Of a stretch of DNA of 44,412 nt, positions 1-11,978 are shown piece by piece. A model generated the notes under the pieces. It had not been told where the DNA came from and made no database searches. It saw only the letters and a program-made list of their open reading frames with translations. The stretch comes from Conidiobolus incongruus B7586 (lineage: Eukaryota): contig JNEM01011078.1 of assembly GCA_000697335.1 (NCBI GenBank), positions 1 through 44,412 of the forward strand, given 5' to 3'. Position 1 is the stretch's first letter. Each line of letters starts with the position of its first letter. The position numbers were made by a program, and so were the translations under genes.

Positions 1-943
1 TTACCAAAAGTATAGAAAAGAGTTATTAATAATAAAAAAGGCTATTAATTTTATATTATTCATTAATTTTTATATATTATTTATTAATTTATTTGTTTAA
101 TTATAATTTTAAAATTATACTATTATTTAATTTCTAAACTAATATTAAATATATATTATATATTTATTTTTATATTTTATATATTAAAATATTTATTTAT
201 TTTTAATTGCAAAAAATTCAAATTATTAAAAAAGTAATAATATAAATAAATTATATATTTTTATTAAAATTGATTTAATTAAGAATTGTTTAAGATATCA
301 GTAAATATATTAGTAATGTTAATTTTATAACTTACTTTTGTAGGCTAGTGTATGCTAACTAAGTTATTATGTTGGTTATTTTCTTAAGGTACAGCTTAAT
401 AATCTAAGTTAAACAATAAATTACCCCTTTTATATCACCAAACAGGTGTTGTCCTAGAAGACAACTATTTACCTAAAATTTATTAGACACTTAACTTCCC
501 AGCCACTGTCAATATATTTAAATAGACAATATTATTAAGTAATAATAATAAATATAAATTATTTAGAATTCAATTATCATTGCATTATATTATATGTGAA
601 TATCATGATTACATTATTGTAATTGTGAAAAAACAATTAGTATTACTTATTTTTAGCAAGTTTAAATTATTTATTAATTTTGTGATAAAATTATATTAGA
701 TATTTGAGATAATATTTGAGATAATGTTCATAAGTTTAATCATCAAAATGCTTTTTTACTATTGATCAAAATAGATGAATTATAAAATTGACTAATATGG
801 ATAGGGGAATAAAAATAGAGAACAATGTTAAACAGATTGATATATTAACTTAAAAATAAATAATAAATTTTATTTTAAAGCTGATTTGTTTATTATTCAA
901 ATACTAAATTATTATAATCAAAGAAATACAAAAATTTGTAAGG

Positions 944-3605
944 TTAAATATTATTTAACATTGATAATTTAAATTTCAAGTCTTTTAAGCCTTTGGTAGT
1001 AGGATTCCAGTCTTTAAATTGTTTCATTATTTCGTCTAATTCTTGTTTTAAATATGGGACGGCTTTGATTCTTTCATCTTCAAGTAACCCTCGAATGATC
1101 CATGGGAGGTAGTAGGGATTGAATGGTTCGTTGGCTGATATCTTGCTGAATGTGAACTGAGCTGGAGAATCATTACTGGATGATGGTCCTTCAAATAGCC
1201 ATTGGACTGCCATTGAATATACTTTGAGTTCTTGGTAAATTGTAGAGTGTCCAGGGGTTCCTGAGTACAGAGATCCCCCAACCGAGTCTGATAAATGAAC
1301 TAGAAGCCCATGATCCGATATACCATGATTTCTTAATAGTAATGAATAAACAATCAAATTGGTCAAAAAATTTGGTTGATAATCGGTATGATCAATATAA
1401 ATGGCTCTCAGAATAGAGGGATGATCAAATCCATGCATTGTTCCAGAATACAGAGGAACCACCTGATCCATCAATGACCCAACTGCTGTTACTTTAACAC
1501 CATTTTCTAGTAAAATTCGCATAGCTTTAGCATATTTTTTGACTAGATAAGATTCTGGATCTACAAAATTAAACAGCTCTCTAGCAGCCTCAGTTTCAAA
1601 ATATTTAACAATGACATTCTCCTTAAGAAATGGGAAGGGCCCATGGGAAATACCAGACATAGCCAGTAAGCATGTTGATTGCCGTTTGGTATCTAACAAT
1701 CCATCTCTTATCAATCTTGATACTATCATCGTACCAACTGGTGTGCCTTGGGAGTGGACTGCAACCAACACCATATTAGCATTTTTCAATGCCTGAACCC
1801 ATTGGGTATTTCCTATTAAATCACTGTACAATTTGTTTAATCGAAATTCAACTTTTCCAGCCCCACTCAATGGAATTTGAGTAACTTGGTCATCGTCCAA
1901 CTCTTTACCAAAATGGTTATATAAATACTGTCTAAGAGCAGTTTCCATACGCTCACAAAACCTTTCTGAAGTCCCTGTAGGCTCACCAATGATATTGCTA
2001 TAGATTTTATGAGGAAACCAGCCATGAACACCTATAATTACGATATTCTGCAATTCTAAAGGATTGATCGATGTAGTTGTAGAAGGCTTTTCTGATGGAT
2101 TATAGCCTACTCCAGTATAGTATGAAAATAAGTTATAGGCCGATTGAACAATTGAAGGTTGAGAATTTGTAGCATTGGACGGATTTTTATCAATTAAATG
2201 TAGAGTAGGGAGCACCAAATTGGGTGAAATAGCTGGCTCAATAATCCTCTTTTTCTTTTGATCGGATGGAGGTAGATTAGGATCTTCTAACTGTCCTTTG
2301 TTGTTAACGTTAGCTTCTTTGACTTGTCCATCTTCAATCACTTTGGGATTGTCACCTGTGATATTGGGAGTTTGTAAATTTTCTAGACTTTTAGAAGTGG
2401 CCAGGAGATTAGTGCTATCATTCATTTGGTTGTCATTAGGATCCACTTTGCTCAGGGATGGTGAAGTTTTATTTAATCCACTTTGGTCTAAGTATGTAGG
2501 GGAGCGGAATGGATTCCACCAGGAATAAGTTGATTGAGGACGATCTTTATTTGAAATAGTTTGGTTTGCTTCATTGATATTGCTTAACTGGTCCATTGCT
2601 GATGGAGAATTATTAGCCTCACATTGTAATTCAGAACTAGTCGGAGGAACCAATGTGTCTGAACTTTCGATATTAATTGGTTTTTCTAGTTTATCGTTAA
2701 TCTCATCTGTACTTTTTCGTTTAGCCAAATCCTGGGACAGCTGTGAGATTGGCGATTCAGATCTTGTCTGAGGTGCCGAACTTGAGGTTCCACCGCCAAA
2801 TATCCACCAAGAGGATCTCTTTGCATTATCAATTGAAATATTCGATTTATTCAAAGGATTAGATTCATCTTCTGGTGAATTATGAAATTGATCAGGACTT
2901 GCATTTTGAGTAGGAGAATCATCTAATTTGAAGAAATTTAATGAATTAGAAAGATAGTATGAGGCTATTAACAATAACCATACCATGGATATGTGCATTA
3001 GTATTATTTGGCAAAGAGCATGAAAACAATTCTGATTTGGAAGATGTTGTATCATATAGACTATGACTCATAAGCTGTGCTTCATTCTTAGCAAATGTCT
3101 GAGATATTTTTTTAGCTATTTGAACTGAGCGCATTGAGCTGGCTGACGAGGATATATGTGCTTCGCCTTGGGAAATTTGTGCTGGGTCAAAGGTTGTCTC
3201 TGCGGATACAGGTTTATCCCAAGATCCTAATTTTTTAGTTGGGTCAGAAAGAGACATATCTGAGAAATTTATCATAGATAAGCGTTTTTTGATAATTTCT
3301 ACTTCTAAATTTTTTACGCGTGATTTAGGTCGAGAATGTAAATGACCAGGATTTTGCAGTGAAGAAGATAAAGAGCTAGAATCAATATTAGAAGATTCTT
3401 TAGAAGTTGATACCATAGAATTAGTTCTTGATCTTGAACCAAAAAACCACCAAGAACTCCTTGGAGAGGGAGCAGATTTAATGTTTTCGTCATTTACCTG
3501 GTCATTCTGTGCAGGGTTGGTTTGAGTTTCTATATTATTGACCAAAGAAGTATAACTGTCATCATGTTGATTTATATTAGTAATATATTTGTTAGATTGA
3601 TCCAT
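944..3605 (-). CDS. YML020W-like conserved fungal protein: long Ser-rich N-terminus plus C-terminal alpha/beta-hydrolase-like domain; 2 exons (3605-2984, 2922-944), about 866 aa
   Basis: Two overlapping ORFs are joined in frame by a 61-nt intron at 2983-2923 (GTATGG...TTAG), giving ...IH-DDSP. The C-terminal domain has IVIIGVHGWFP, GEPTGTS, VHSQGTPV and DQVVPLYS motifs that I recognise from yeast YML020W-type proteins. Confidence 0.8.
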
Positions 3606-4428
3606 TCATTAAAATAAAAAATGTAAGTTGATAATTTAATTTCTAATTTTAAAACTATGATAGATTAATAAATGCAAGTCCCAATCTGAAATCAATACAA
3701 TTAAACAAGGTTTTATGGGTTGAATCGTATTCTTTAAACTCGAATTAATTTTAATCAACTGAATTTTGCCAAAATCTAAGAAATAGGAAATTTAGTTTTT
3801 TGCCACGAATTCAAGTTAAATATTTTGTACTTTACGTCATTTTGCAATAATTTTCATATGAAATTAAACAAACCTTTACCAATTAATTTTTTAAACATAC
3901 GGATGGATTTTTATGATTGGTAGAATGAGAGTTTGATGTTTTCGTTCATTTTGTACTAAGTAGATGGTTAACAAATATTGATTAAAAGTATATAATAAAA
4001 AATACAATATATATACTAATAAAATATTTCTGATTCAAACTTATATAAACAATTCCATTATATCAAAGATAGGTCACGTTATCAGACATTTAATTTGATT
4101 ACACTCAGGTTATTAACTTTATCACAAAAATTAAAATTTACAACAATTCAAACATTAATTGATTTAATTGTTTTCACTAATATTTTATTGTAATAATATT
4201 TAATATTTCATTTTGTTCGCATTATTTAATCAATTTATATTAAATTTATCAATCCTTTAATTACAAATTCCAAGTAATCAGTCCCATAATAATATAATAA
4301 GAACTTATGAAATATGATTTATATAAATAGAGATTATGGTGTAATTAAAATGAACTACATTAATAAGAAAAATATTAAACACCATATCACACAAACTAAT
4401 AGTTAACTAATAGAACCAATCTAATGAA

Positions 4429-5250
4429 ATGAATAATACAAATCCCAAAAACAGTCAAAGGATGAAATTAATGACCATTCCGGAGAGTTTTGGTCAAGTT
4501 GAAAATGGTATTTATCGCAGTGAAATGATAAAGGTGCACCACTTTCCATTTATTAAAACTTTGAACCTTAAGTCAGTACTCATTTTGTCACCTGAGCCTC
4601 CATCAAAGACCGTTTGTAATTTTTTTAATAATCAGAATATTCATATTGTAAGATAATCTTTATATACATTGTGTAAGATCTTTATATTCACTATTATCCA
4701 AAGCACCATTTAGGTCAACAATCTTGGTTTTCATCTAATACATCCACCAGCTGGAGGCCTATAAGTGAAGAAATTATTAAAGAAGGGTTGGAATATGTAT
4801 TAAATGTATCTTCTCATCCTATTTTAGTAATGTGCACGTAATTATTTCAAACAGTTTAAAATATAATTCTATCTAATACCAAATTATATATAGACTTGGT
4901 ATTCATGAAACTGGTGCATTGATTGGATGCTTGAGAAAATTACAAAATTGGAATTTTAATTCAATTGTTATGGAGGTAAATTTACAATATTCAAAATCAG
5001 AAATTCAATGATTGATATTAACATTGATGATGTTATTATTTTAGTATCGAAGCTATGCAGGAAACAAATCAAGGAGGGTAACTGAACAGTTCATTGAATT
5101 ATTCGACTTGGATTTAATAGCATTGCCTCAGAATTTACCTGAGTGGTATTTATACCATCTTAAATTATTGGTAAAAATAAAGCTAAACAATTATAAACCG
5201 AGTTCTAATATTTATTTTTAACTATCTAGGTTGAGGAATCTGAACAATAG
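4429..5250 (+). CDS. OCA/SIW14-family (Y_phosphatase2) tyrosine-phosphatase-like protein; exons 4429-4647, 4704-4837, 4894-4975, 5045-5170, 5230-5250
   Basis: Spliced translation gives FGQVENGIYRS, HPILVMCTLGIHETGALIGCLRKLQNW and EQFIELFD. All four introns are GT-AG and preserve frame. Confidence 0.85.
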
Positions 5251-5292
5251 TCTATTCGCCAAAATTTTCAACTCGATTTTAATATAGTAGCT

Positions 5293-6526
5293 TTATGGTT
5301 GATAGAAGTTAGCTCGCTTCATGGCCAATGCAGTTTTATATGGTGGTGAAATAGGTGATTGAGTTGGGTCTAAAGATGTATATCTCTCATCATTATTTTT
5401 CGTGTTTGGTAATGAATAAGTTTGATCCGAATCAAATCCATTTAAATCGCCACATGCTACAAAAGGAACCAAAACTCTGTTCATGCCAACCAATTCATTA
5501 TCAGTATTATTATAACTAAAATCTAACATAGGATCGACCATTGTAGGAATATAACCTTCAGGAGGATTGTAACCTCTGCAAACAACGAAAGCCTCTAAAA
5601 AAATAAAAACATTTTTAATTAATACTATCATTTAAAGAAAATTAAAAATAGTTTAAGTACCTATACTAGAATTTCTTGAACTTCTGGGCTTTCCAATATA
5701 TACTTCATCAAAGAATACTTTTAACTGAGATTGTAATAAAGTAACATCTTTTCCTCTAAAAATTTTGGCAACAAAAGATCCTCCTTTCCTGAGTACATGA
5801 GTAGTGATATTTAATGCCTATTATTCAATATGCAGATAGATTAATAATTTTTAAAATATTGGTATGAACTATGTTATTTACAGCTAAAATAAGTTGTGCT
5901 TGAATATATTCATCCATATCATGCAAACCAGTAACTATTCGAATACCATTAATTAACTATAATATCGACCTGAACTATTAATATTAATACCATCTGGAGC
6001 ACCATCTGAAATAACAATGTCAGCCAATTCGCCATCGAAATAAGCAATAATTTGTTCAGCAGTAGATTTTTTAGTGATATCACCCTGTAGTTGAATGACG
6101 CCGGGTAAAGGAGCCTAATTTGATATAATTGTTAACTTAATATTTTTTCAAATAAATATTTATTAATAATACCATAGTTTGCAAATCGACAGCAACAATT
6201 TTAGCTTCGGGGTTTGAACTTTCTTGACTATTTTTTGTTAATTAATATATAATTTTATATGTTGAATAAAATAAATAAATTACATCAATCTTTGACTTAA
6301 AACTTGAGACCAACTACCTGGAGCAGCACATAAATCGACGGCTCTCTTAACGCCTAATAATTCGATCAATGCCGATATCTTAAAAAGCAGAATGGGGAAT
6401 ATGACCTTTTAACAATTGAAACTCTTCATCGAGTTGAATCAACTTAAAAGCACTTCTAGCTCTCCAACCCTGTTCCTTGGCTAAACGGTAGTAGATATCT
6501 CTTTTGTCTTTACTGGATTTACCCAT
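5293..6526 (-). CDS. TRM7: tRNA (C32/N34) 2'-O-methyltransferase, FtsJ family; exons 6526-6406, 6353-6284, 6227-6173, 6114-5991, 5934-5882, 5817-5661, 5594-5293
   Basis: Spliced translation gives [62 protein letters not shown] and SSIEAFVVC, all hallmark Trm7/FTSJ1 motifs. Confidence 0.95.
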
Positions 6527-6649
6527 ATTTAATATTATAAAATTATGATATTAAATAAATTAAATATAACCTGATGATTGAATTTAAAAAAATTAAAAAA
6601 GTTAAAAATATATGGGATAGGCAAAATAATAAATGTTATTCCAAAAATA

Positions 6650-6721
6650 GGGCTCGACTGGGAATCGAACCCAGGACCTCTCCCACCCTAAGGGAGAATT
6701 ATACCACTAAACCATCGAGCC
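6650..6721 (-). tRNA. tRNA-Pro (anticodon AGG)
   Basis: The minus strand reads GGCTCGATGGTTTAGTGGTATAATTCTCCCTTAGGGTGGGAGAGGTCCTGGGTTCGATTCCCAGTCGAGCCC. Acceptor, anticodon (CTCCC/GGGAG) and T stems pair fully, and a T-run terminator follows. Confidence 0.95.
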
Positions 6722-7236
6722 TTAATTAGTTAGCAATTAATATCTAGTTATAAGTTATAGAAAAGTTATTTTTGATTTCATTTAATATTTTTTATTTTAT
6801 TTTCCCTCCTTTCATTATATTTACTATTCTTTCATTCTTAATTAATATATTTTATCTTTTATTTTATGTCTTATACAAATTTTTAAAATCTTTTCTATAT
6901 TAAAACGTTTCTTTAATTTTACATTCCAAAATGATTATTTATCATTTTTTCAAAAACAATATATAATATTTATAATAAAATTTGAACAATATTCACTCAT
7001 TACATTTATTAGATATAGTGTGCCAATTAATCAGGACAAATTAAAATTTAACCTTGATTTAAGAACATCATTTTCACAATCAAAATTCAAATTAATTAAT
7101 AATCAACTATAATTTTTGTATTTTATCAATTTTTTTATATTATTAAATATCTTGAATTACAAAATAACATCATCCAAAGATAAAACCTACATAATCACTA
7201 TTGTCAATAATTTAATTAATTTTTATTTTCAAAAAT

Positions 7237-8628
7237 TTAAACGCGTTTGGTATACTTAGCCCAAAGGAGAACACCTGTACCGACAACAGCGGCTAGAGTA
7301 GTGTTTTGGAAGAATTTCAACCATCTGGTTTGGCTGTTCCATCTTTCAATCACTTCGGAATAGGGTATCGATGTAAAGCTAACCATTGTATAGAGTGGAA
7401 TAACAGTGTTGGGCATGATCTTGTGAAGAAAAGTTTCAACCTTCTTTCTGATAAGATAGCCATAATCGACTACGGAACTACTCATTTCAACGTAATTATG
7501 GAGTGCTAAATCACAGATGGCTACAACATCAGGGTGACGCGTTTTGGTGTATTGCTCGAGAGCATGACGCATTGCGGATGCATCTCTACCATCGACATTG
7601 TATTGCTTAAAGATATCGAAGAGTTTGACAATATCTTCAAATCCACAGTTCATACCTTGACCGTAAAAAGGTACCATACAGTGGGCAGAATCTCCCAGTA
7701 AGACAGCTCTGTTTTCAAAGTGATAGGGTGTACATTTGAGGTACATGAGTGGACTCTTGGGATTATTGAAGAAATAATGAACAATTTCTTTCTCGCCTAT
7801 TAAATAAATGGTGTCAGGCATATCGGTTCTGAAGAGGTCTAACACCTTTTCTTCAGTATCCAATCGTTCTAACTGATCCCAGGGCATGAAGAGAGTACAG
7901 GTGAATGTGCAGTCTTGGTTAGGTAAAGCGATAAACATATACTCCCTTCTGGGCCAGATATGGAGATGATTGGGATCCATTTTGTATTCGGGTTCGCCCT
8001 TTTCGTTGATCTTAGGTTGAATGGTCATTTCACAATAAGCATGCTTCATATAATTCTGAGCATAATCCATGCGAGTGCGTCTCATAATTTGACGTCTTAC
8101 TGTAGAATGAGCACCGTCAGCACCGACGATTAAATCAACTTCTACGTTGACTTCACTTCCGTCTTGGGTCCCAAATACACATTTACCTTCTTCCCAATTA
8201 CAAGTTTTCAAAGTGTATCCAAAGTATAATTTAGTATCTTTCAACTTCTCCAACTCGTCCAACAAAATAATATTGAGTAATTCTCTATCGACAGAGTTAA
8301 TATGCTGGTGCTTAGTACCGTAAGCCTGACTAGTCTGCTTTCCCTTGAGGTCATGAATCATTCTGCCTTTCATGGGAACAGCTCTGTCCAAAATAACCTT
8401 ATCTAAATTCAAGTTAGTACCCTTGAGTGCTTCAATTCCTCTGTGAGAAAGTGCCAAATTAATCGATCTTTTCTGAGTTTTACTACTCACTTCGGGATTT
8501 CTAATATCTAAATTTCTTTCATAAAGACTTACTTCCCAACCGGCTTGAGCGAAGTAAACGCCAGCTAAACTACCTACTAAGCCACCGCCTACAATTGCTA
8601 CTTTGGGTTTTAATTGATCAGAGCTCAT
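7237..8628 (-). CDS. BNA4: Kynurenine 3-monooxygenase (FAD-dependent), intronless
   Basis: GGGLVG FAD motif, RSINLALSHRG, DLIVGADGAHS, LHIWPR and LLGDSAHCMVPFYGQGMNCGFED, plus a C-terminal hydrophobic anchor. Confidence 0.95.
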   Translation of the reverse strand: MSSDQLKPKVAIVGGGLVGSLAGVYFAQAGWEVSLYERNLDIRNPEVSSKTQKRSINLALSHRGIEALKGTNLNLDKVILDRAVPMKGRMIHDLKGKQTSQAYGTKHQHINSVDRELLNIILLDELEKLKDTKLYFGYTLKTCNWEEGKCVFGTQDGSEVNVEVDLIVGADGAHSTVRRQIMRRTRMDYAQNYMKHAYCEMTIQPKINEKGEPEYKMDPNHLHIWPRREYMFIALPNQDCTFTCTLFMPWDQLERLDTEEKVLDLFRTDMPDTIYLIGEKEIVHYFFNNPKSPLMYLKCTPYHFENRAVLLGDSAHCMVPFYGQGMNCGFEDIVKLFDIFKQYNVDGRDASAMRHALEQYTKTRHPDVVAICDLALHNYVEMSSSVVDYGYLIRKKVETFLHKIMPNTVIPLYTMVSFTSIPYSEVIERWNSQTRWLKFFQNTTLAAVVGTGVLLWAKYTKRV

Positions 8629-10307
8629 TTTTTATATGTTTTTATTTTTAGATGGTTATTAATAAAAGCATCCCCAAACACAAGTGATATCACTCAGATT
8701 ATATACCATAATAGAAAGTGGATTTTAAAGTCATTTGATTGAATTTATTGAAAATAAATGATTTGATAATGTTAAAACACATTTAGCTTGAATTTATTTT
8801 ATGAAATGCACGTCATACTAAGTTTGCTAATATTTTTTATCTTTTCTTTTATTTAACCCAAAATACTATATTAAATATATGGTGAATGTTATTTGACTAT
8901 CCTCAAAAGTTGCAATGTTGTTCTTGATAGATTATATGAAATTTTCAAATATTGGTTAATAATGGTGTATAAAGTATTAATTTATTCAAATCGATTCTTC
9001 TAGTTTTTAAGAATTTTAAAACAGATTCCAAAATTTTGTTATATTTCATATAAAAAATATTTTTAAAGTTTGGATTTTTAGTCTTTAATTCTAATTCATA
9101 AACAGATTGAGTAATTACTATAATTAATATATATTTAACTTTTCAATAGTTTCATTTGAAACATCAAGGCAAATATTCAAGCTTGTATTTACTTGAATCT
9201 TGAATTTAAATTATACTCTTAAAACCCAAATATCGATTCTATAACATCTATTGAAAATTATTTGAAAACAGGGATTAATTGAATATCACATGCGTGAAAA
9301 TTAGTTATCATTAAACTATTCAAACTTCATCCCAAAGCTTAATATAAAATTATTTGAATTTATTATGATATTGAAATATAATAGTCATCAACTGAGTAAA
9401 ATAAAATTAAATCTAATATTATAAAAACATTGTTTTGATATTTTGATTATTTCCGTATTAAATTGTGAATATAATTTATAATAAAAGGAAGACCTAAATG
9501 CTATCATATTATGTAATATTTTAACCATATTAGTGATATTTTCAAGCCAATCAGCTATATTTATATCTTCAATATAATGTCTATTGATAAAATATTGATA
9601 AATAATATTAAACTGAAATGATAGACTATGAAATAATAAATTTTGAATATTCCCAAGTTATTAGCTAAAAGATATAAATATTTGAATATTATAGTAAGTT
9701 TATTCATTTAAAAAATTCTAATATCAAAGATTAGACAAATATTTTGAATTACTTCAAATTTTGAGATAAAATTATTAATAATCATTCTGAAATGGTTTCT
9801 TTAGTCAAATTTATAGATATTCATTTATAAACTTTGAATTAATTTCAATGAATTTTTGAAATAAATCTTTTGATTATATAAGTTATTATCAGCATATTAT
9901 ATTAAAAATTAATTGGAATCAAATACATATAATTTCGAAATTTATTTCCAACTGTATTTTTATGATTTGAATGCTATTGAAAAGGATGCAATCTTAAATT
10001 TTAATTCAGATGTTGAACATTGATTTAGTATTTACTAAAATAATTGTTGAAAGCTCATTTCATAACAGTTTGAAATCTATATCTATTTCATTTGTTTCTA
10101 ATATGAACATCATTCATTATTTAAATATCAACAAAATTTGAAAATCATTTGATTTTTAGTTAATCTCAACATATTTAAACCCATAAAGTACAATACTTGT
10201 TCATTGTACTAATATTCTGTTAGATCATTCCATTTCCAAGTAACACCCACAATAAAATACAATCGTAAGGTTTTAACATAATATCAATGAATAATCAGTA
10301 AAAACTA

Positions 10308-11744
10308 ATGAAAGGAAACAAACACCAATTTCAAATAACTACATTCCATAAACCCACATATTGCGACTACTGCCAAAAATTTTTGTGGGGATTAATCTTT
10401 CAGGGTTACAGCTGTCAAGATTGTAATTATATTTGCCACCCTCAATGTAGATTAGAAATCCTCAATAAAAATGATGACTCTTGTCTATGTCCCGTTCAGT
10501 CTCCAGACTCCAAGCAAAGTCCAACAAGCCCCGCCATATTGCATAACGTTTTAGAATCCAAGCCAGCTGTCGCTTCGACATCCGTGACACAAGCAACTAC
10601 TTCGAAATCTTTGGGAGTCACCTTCAACGACAGTCAAGGTGTCGCGGAACAGTTGAAACATTTCCAGCCGGAGCCTTCAAAATCTCCATCGATGTCGCCT
10701 TTTCTAACTCAGCTATTTTCAACGGCTCAGCAGCATGAACAATATTTGAAAAAGTCAAGGGAGCAGCCCGCATTGAACTTGTTGACCACGACACCTCAGA
10801 ATTTATCCAAGTTTTTGAATAGAATAACATTTATGCGACAGGCTCAGTCTACAATACTAACTATATTGACTTGGGAGAATCCAAAACTGACGTGGATAGT
10901 CCTCGCAGGCTATTTGGGTTTCATCTTTTACTTCAAAGTAGTCATAGTCCTGCTACAGTTGGCGCTCTTTCTAAAAGTAGTGCAATCTTATGCTAAATTT
11001 GAAAAATTTTCAACTGATACCAACGCTACAACTAAGGATCCACAAATGCTGTCAGTACAGGAATATGCTCAAAATTTTCAATTTATTCAGAATTTTATGG
11101 GTACATATATTGAGCTGTATGATACTTGTAATAATTGGGAATTCCATTTGGAGAGGAATGACACGTTAAAGAAGGGACTGATGTATGGCCTGCCTTTTAC
11201 TATACTGTCTACTGCTTTCTTACTAGATAAAATTAATATTAAGTATCTGTCGCTAGTTGTAGGCTGCGGCATTCTATTGTGTAATCATCCATTGGTTATG
11301 GCACTTATGCTGCATTCTGCTCACTGGTTCAAATCCGATATTATCGAAAACACGAAGATTAGATTTAGGGGCAATACCGCCAATAAAGAGACGCAGCGCT
11401 ATTTCTACTATTTTGAGAATGAGCGCTGGTGGGTTGGATTGGGATGGCAGCCTAGGACCCTGACTCTAGAGCGACCTAACTGGACATTGCCCAACTTGGA
11501 CCCCTTGGATGATCCCCTGACACCACCCAAAGGCTTCGAGTGGAAAGAGGGTCATTTGGCGACAATTGATTATCAATGGAGTCATCCCATCGCATTGAAG
11601 GATGAGGGCTGGATCTATTCAGATCCTCAGTGGAATCATCCAAGTAATTCGCCCTACCTCACTAGTTTTACACGACGAAGACTTTGGAAACGAGCAATTG
11701 TACCAGCTACTTCTACATCTGTCAGTACTCCAATAGTTAAGTAA
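10308..11744 (+). CDS. Pex24p/Pex30-family membrane protein (reticulon-like hydrophobic region + dysferlin DysF domain) with an N-terminal PKC-type C1 zinc finger
   Basis: N-terminal HxF...CDYC...LWGL..QG..C..C....H..C. Central ILTWENP followed by hydrophobic segments. C-terminal FENERWWVGLGW...GFEW...DEGWIYSD...TRRRLWKR DysF signature. Confidence 0.85.
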   Translation: MKGNKHQFQITTFHKPTYCDYCQKFLWGLIFQGYSCQDCNYICHPQCRLEILNKNDDSCLCPVQSPDSKQSPTSPAILHNVLESKPAVASTSVTQATTSKSLGVTFNDSQGVAEQLKHFQPEPSKSPSMSPFLTQLFSTAQQHEQYLKKSREQPALNLLTTTPQNLSKFLNRITFMRQAQSTILTILTWENPKLTWIVLAGYLGFIFYFKVVIVLLQLALFLKVVQSYAKFEKFSTDTNATTKDPQMLSVQEYAQNFQFIQNFMGTYIELYDTCNNWEFHLERNDTLKKGLMYGLPFTILSTAFLLDKINIKYLSLVVGCGILLCNHPLVMALMLHSAHWFKSDIIENTKIRFRGNTANKETQRYFYYFENERWWVGLGWQPRTLTLERPNWTLPNLDPLDDPLTPPKGFEWKEGHLATIDYQWSHPIALKDEGWIYSDPQWNHPSNSPYLTSFTRRRLWKRAIVPATSTSVSTPIVK

Positions 11745-11978
11745 ATTTGCAATAATGGTAAATTATTGGTATTTTAAACAAAATATTTATATTTGGCTTA
11801 ATTAATACTTAGTGATTTTTAAGGTACTATCTTTTACAATTAATTGAAATTCATTAAAATTGTTCTATTGCGTAATAAATCAGCTCTTTTAAAAATCAAT
11901 CCAATTTTTTATTTTATGTTTGATAATTTATATTTTCATATAATAAGATTGGAATACAAATTAAATTTATTATCCAAA

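Noticed and set aside
287..511. Possible solo LTR (TG...CA ends, internal TATAAAAGGGG on the minus strand)
   Set aside because: No target-site duplication, PBS/PPT or second copy in the window.
2923..3055. Overlap of two long minus-strand ORFs suggesting a programmed frameshift
   Set aside because: Fully explained by a canonical 61-nt GT-AG intron at 2983-2923.
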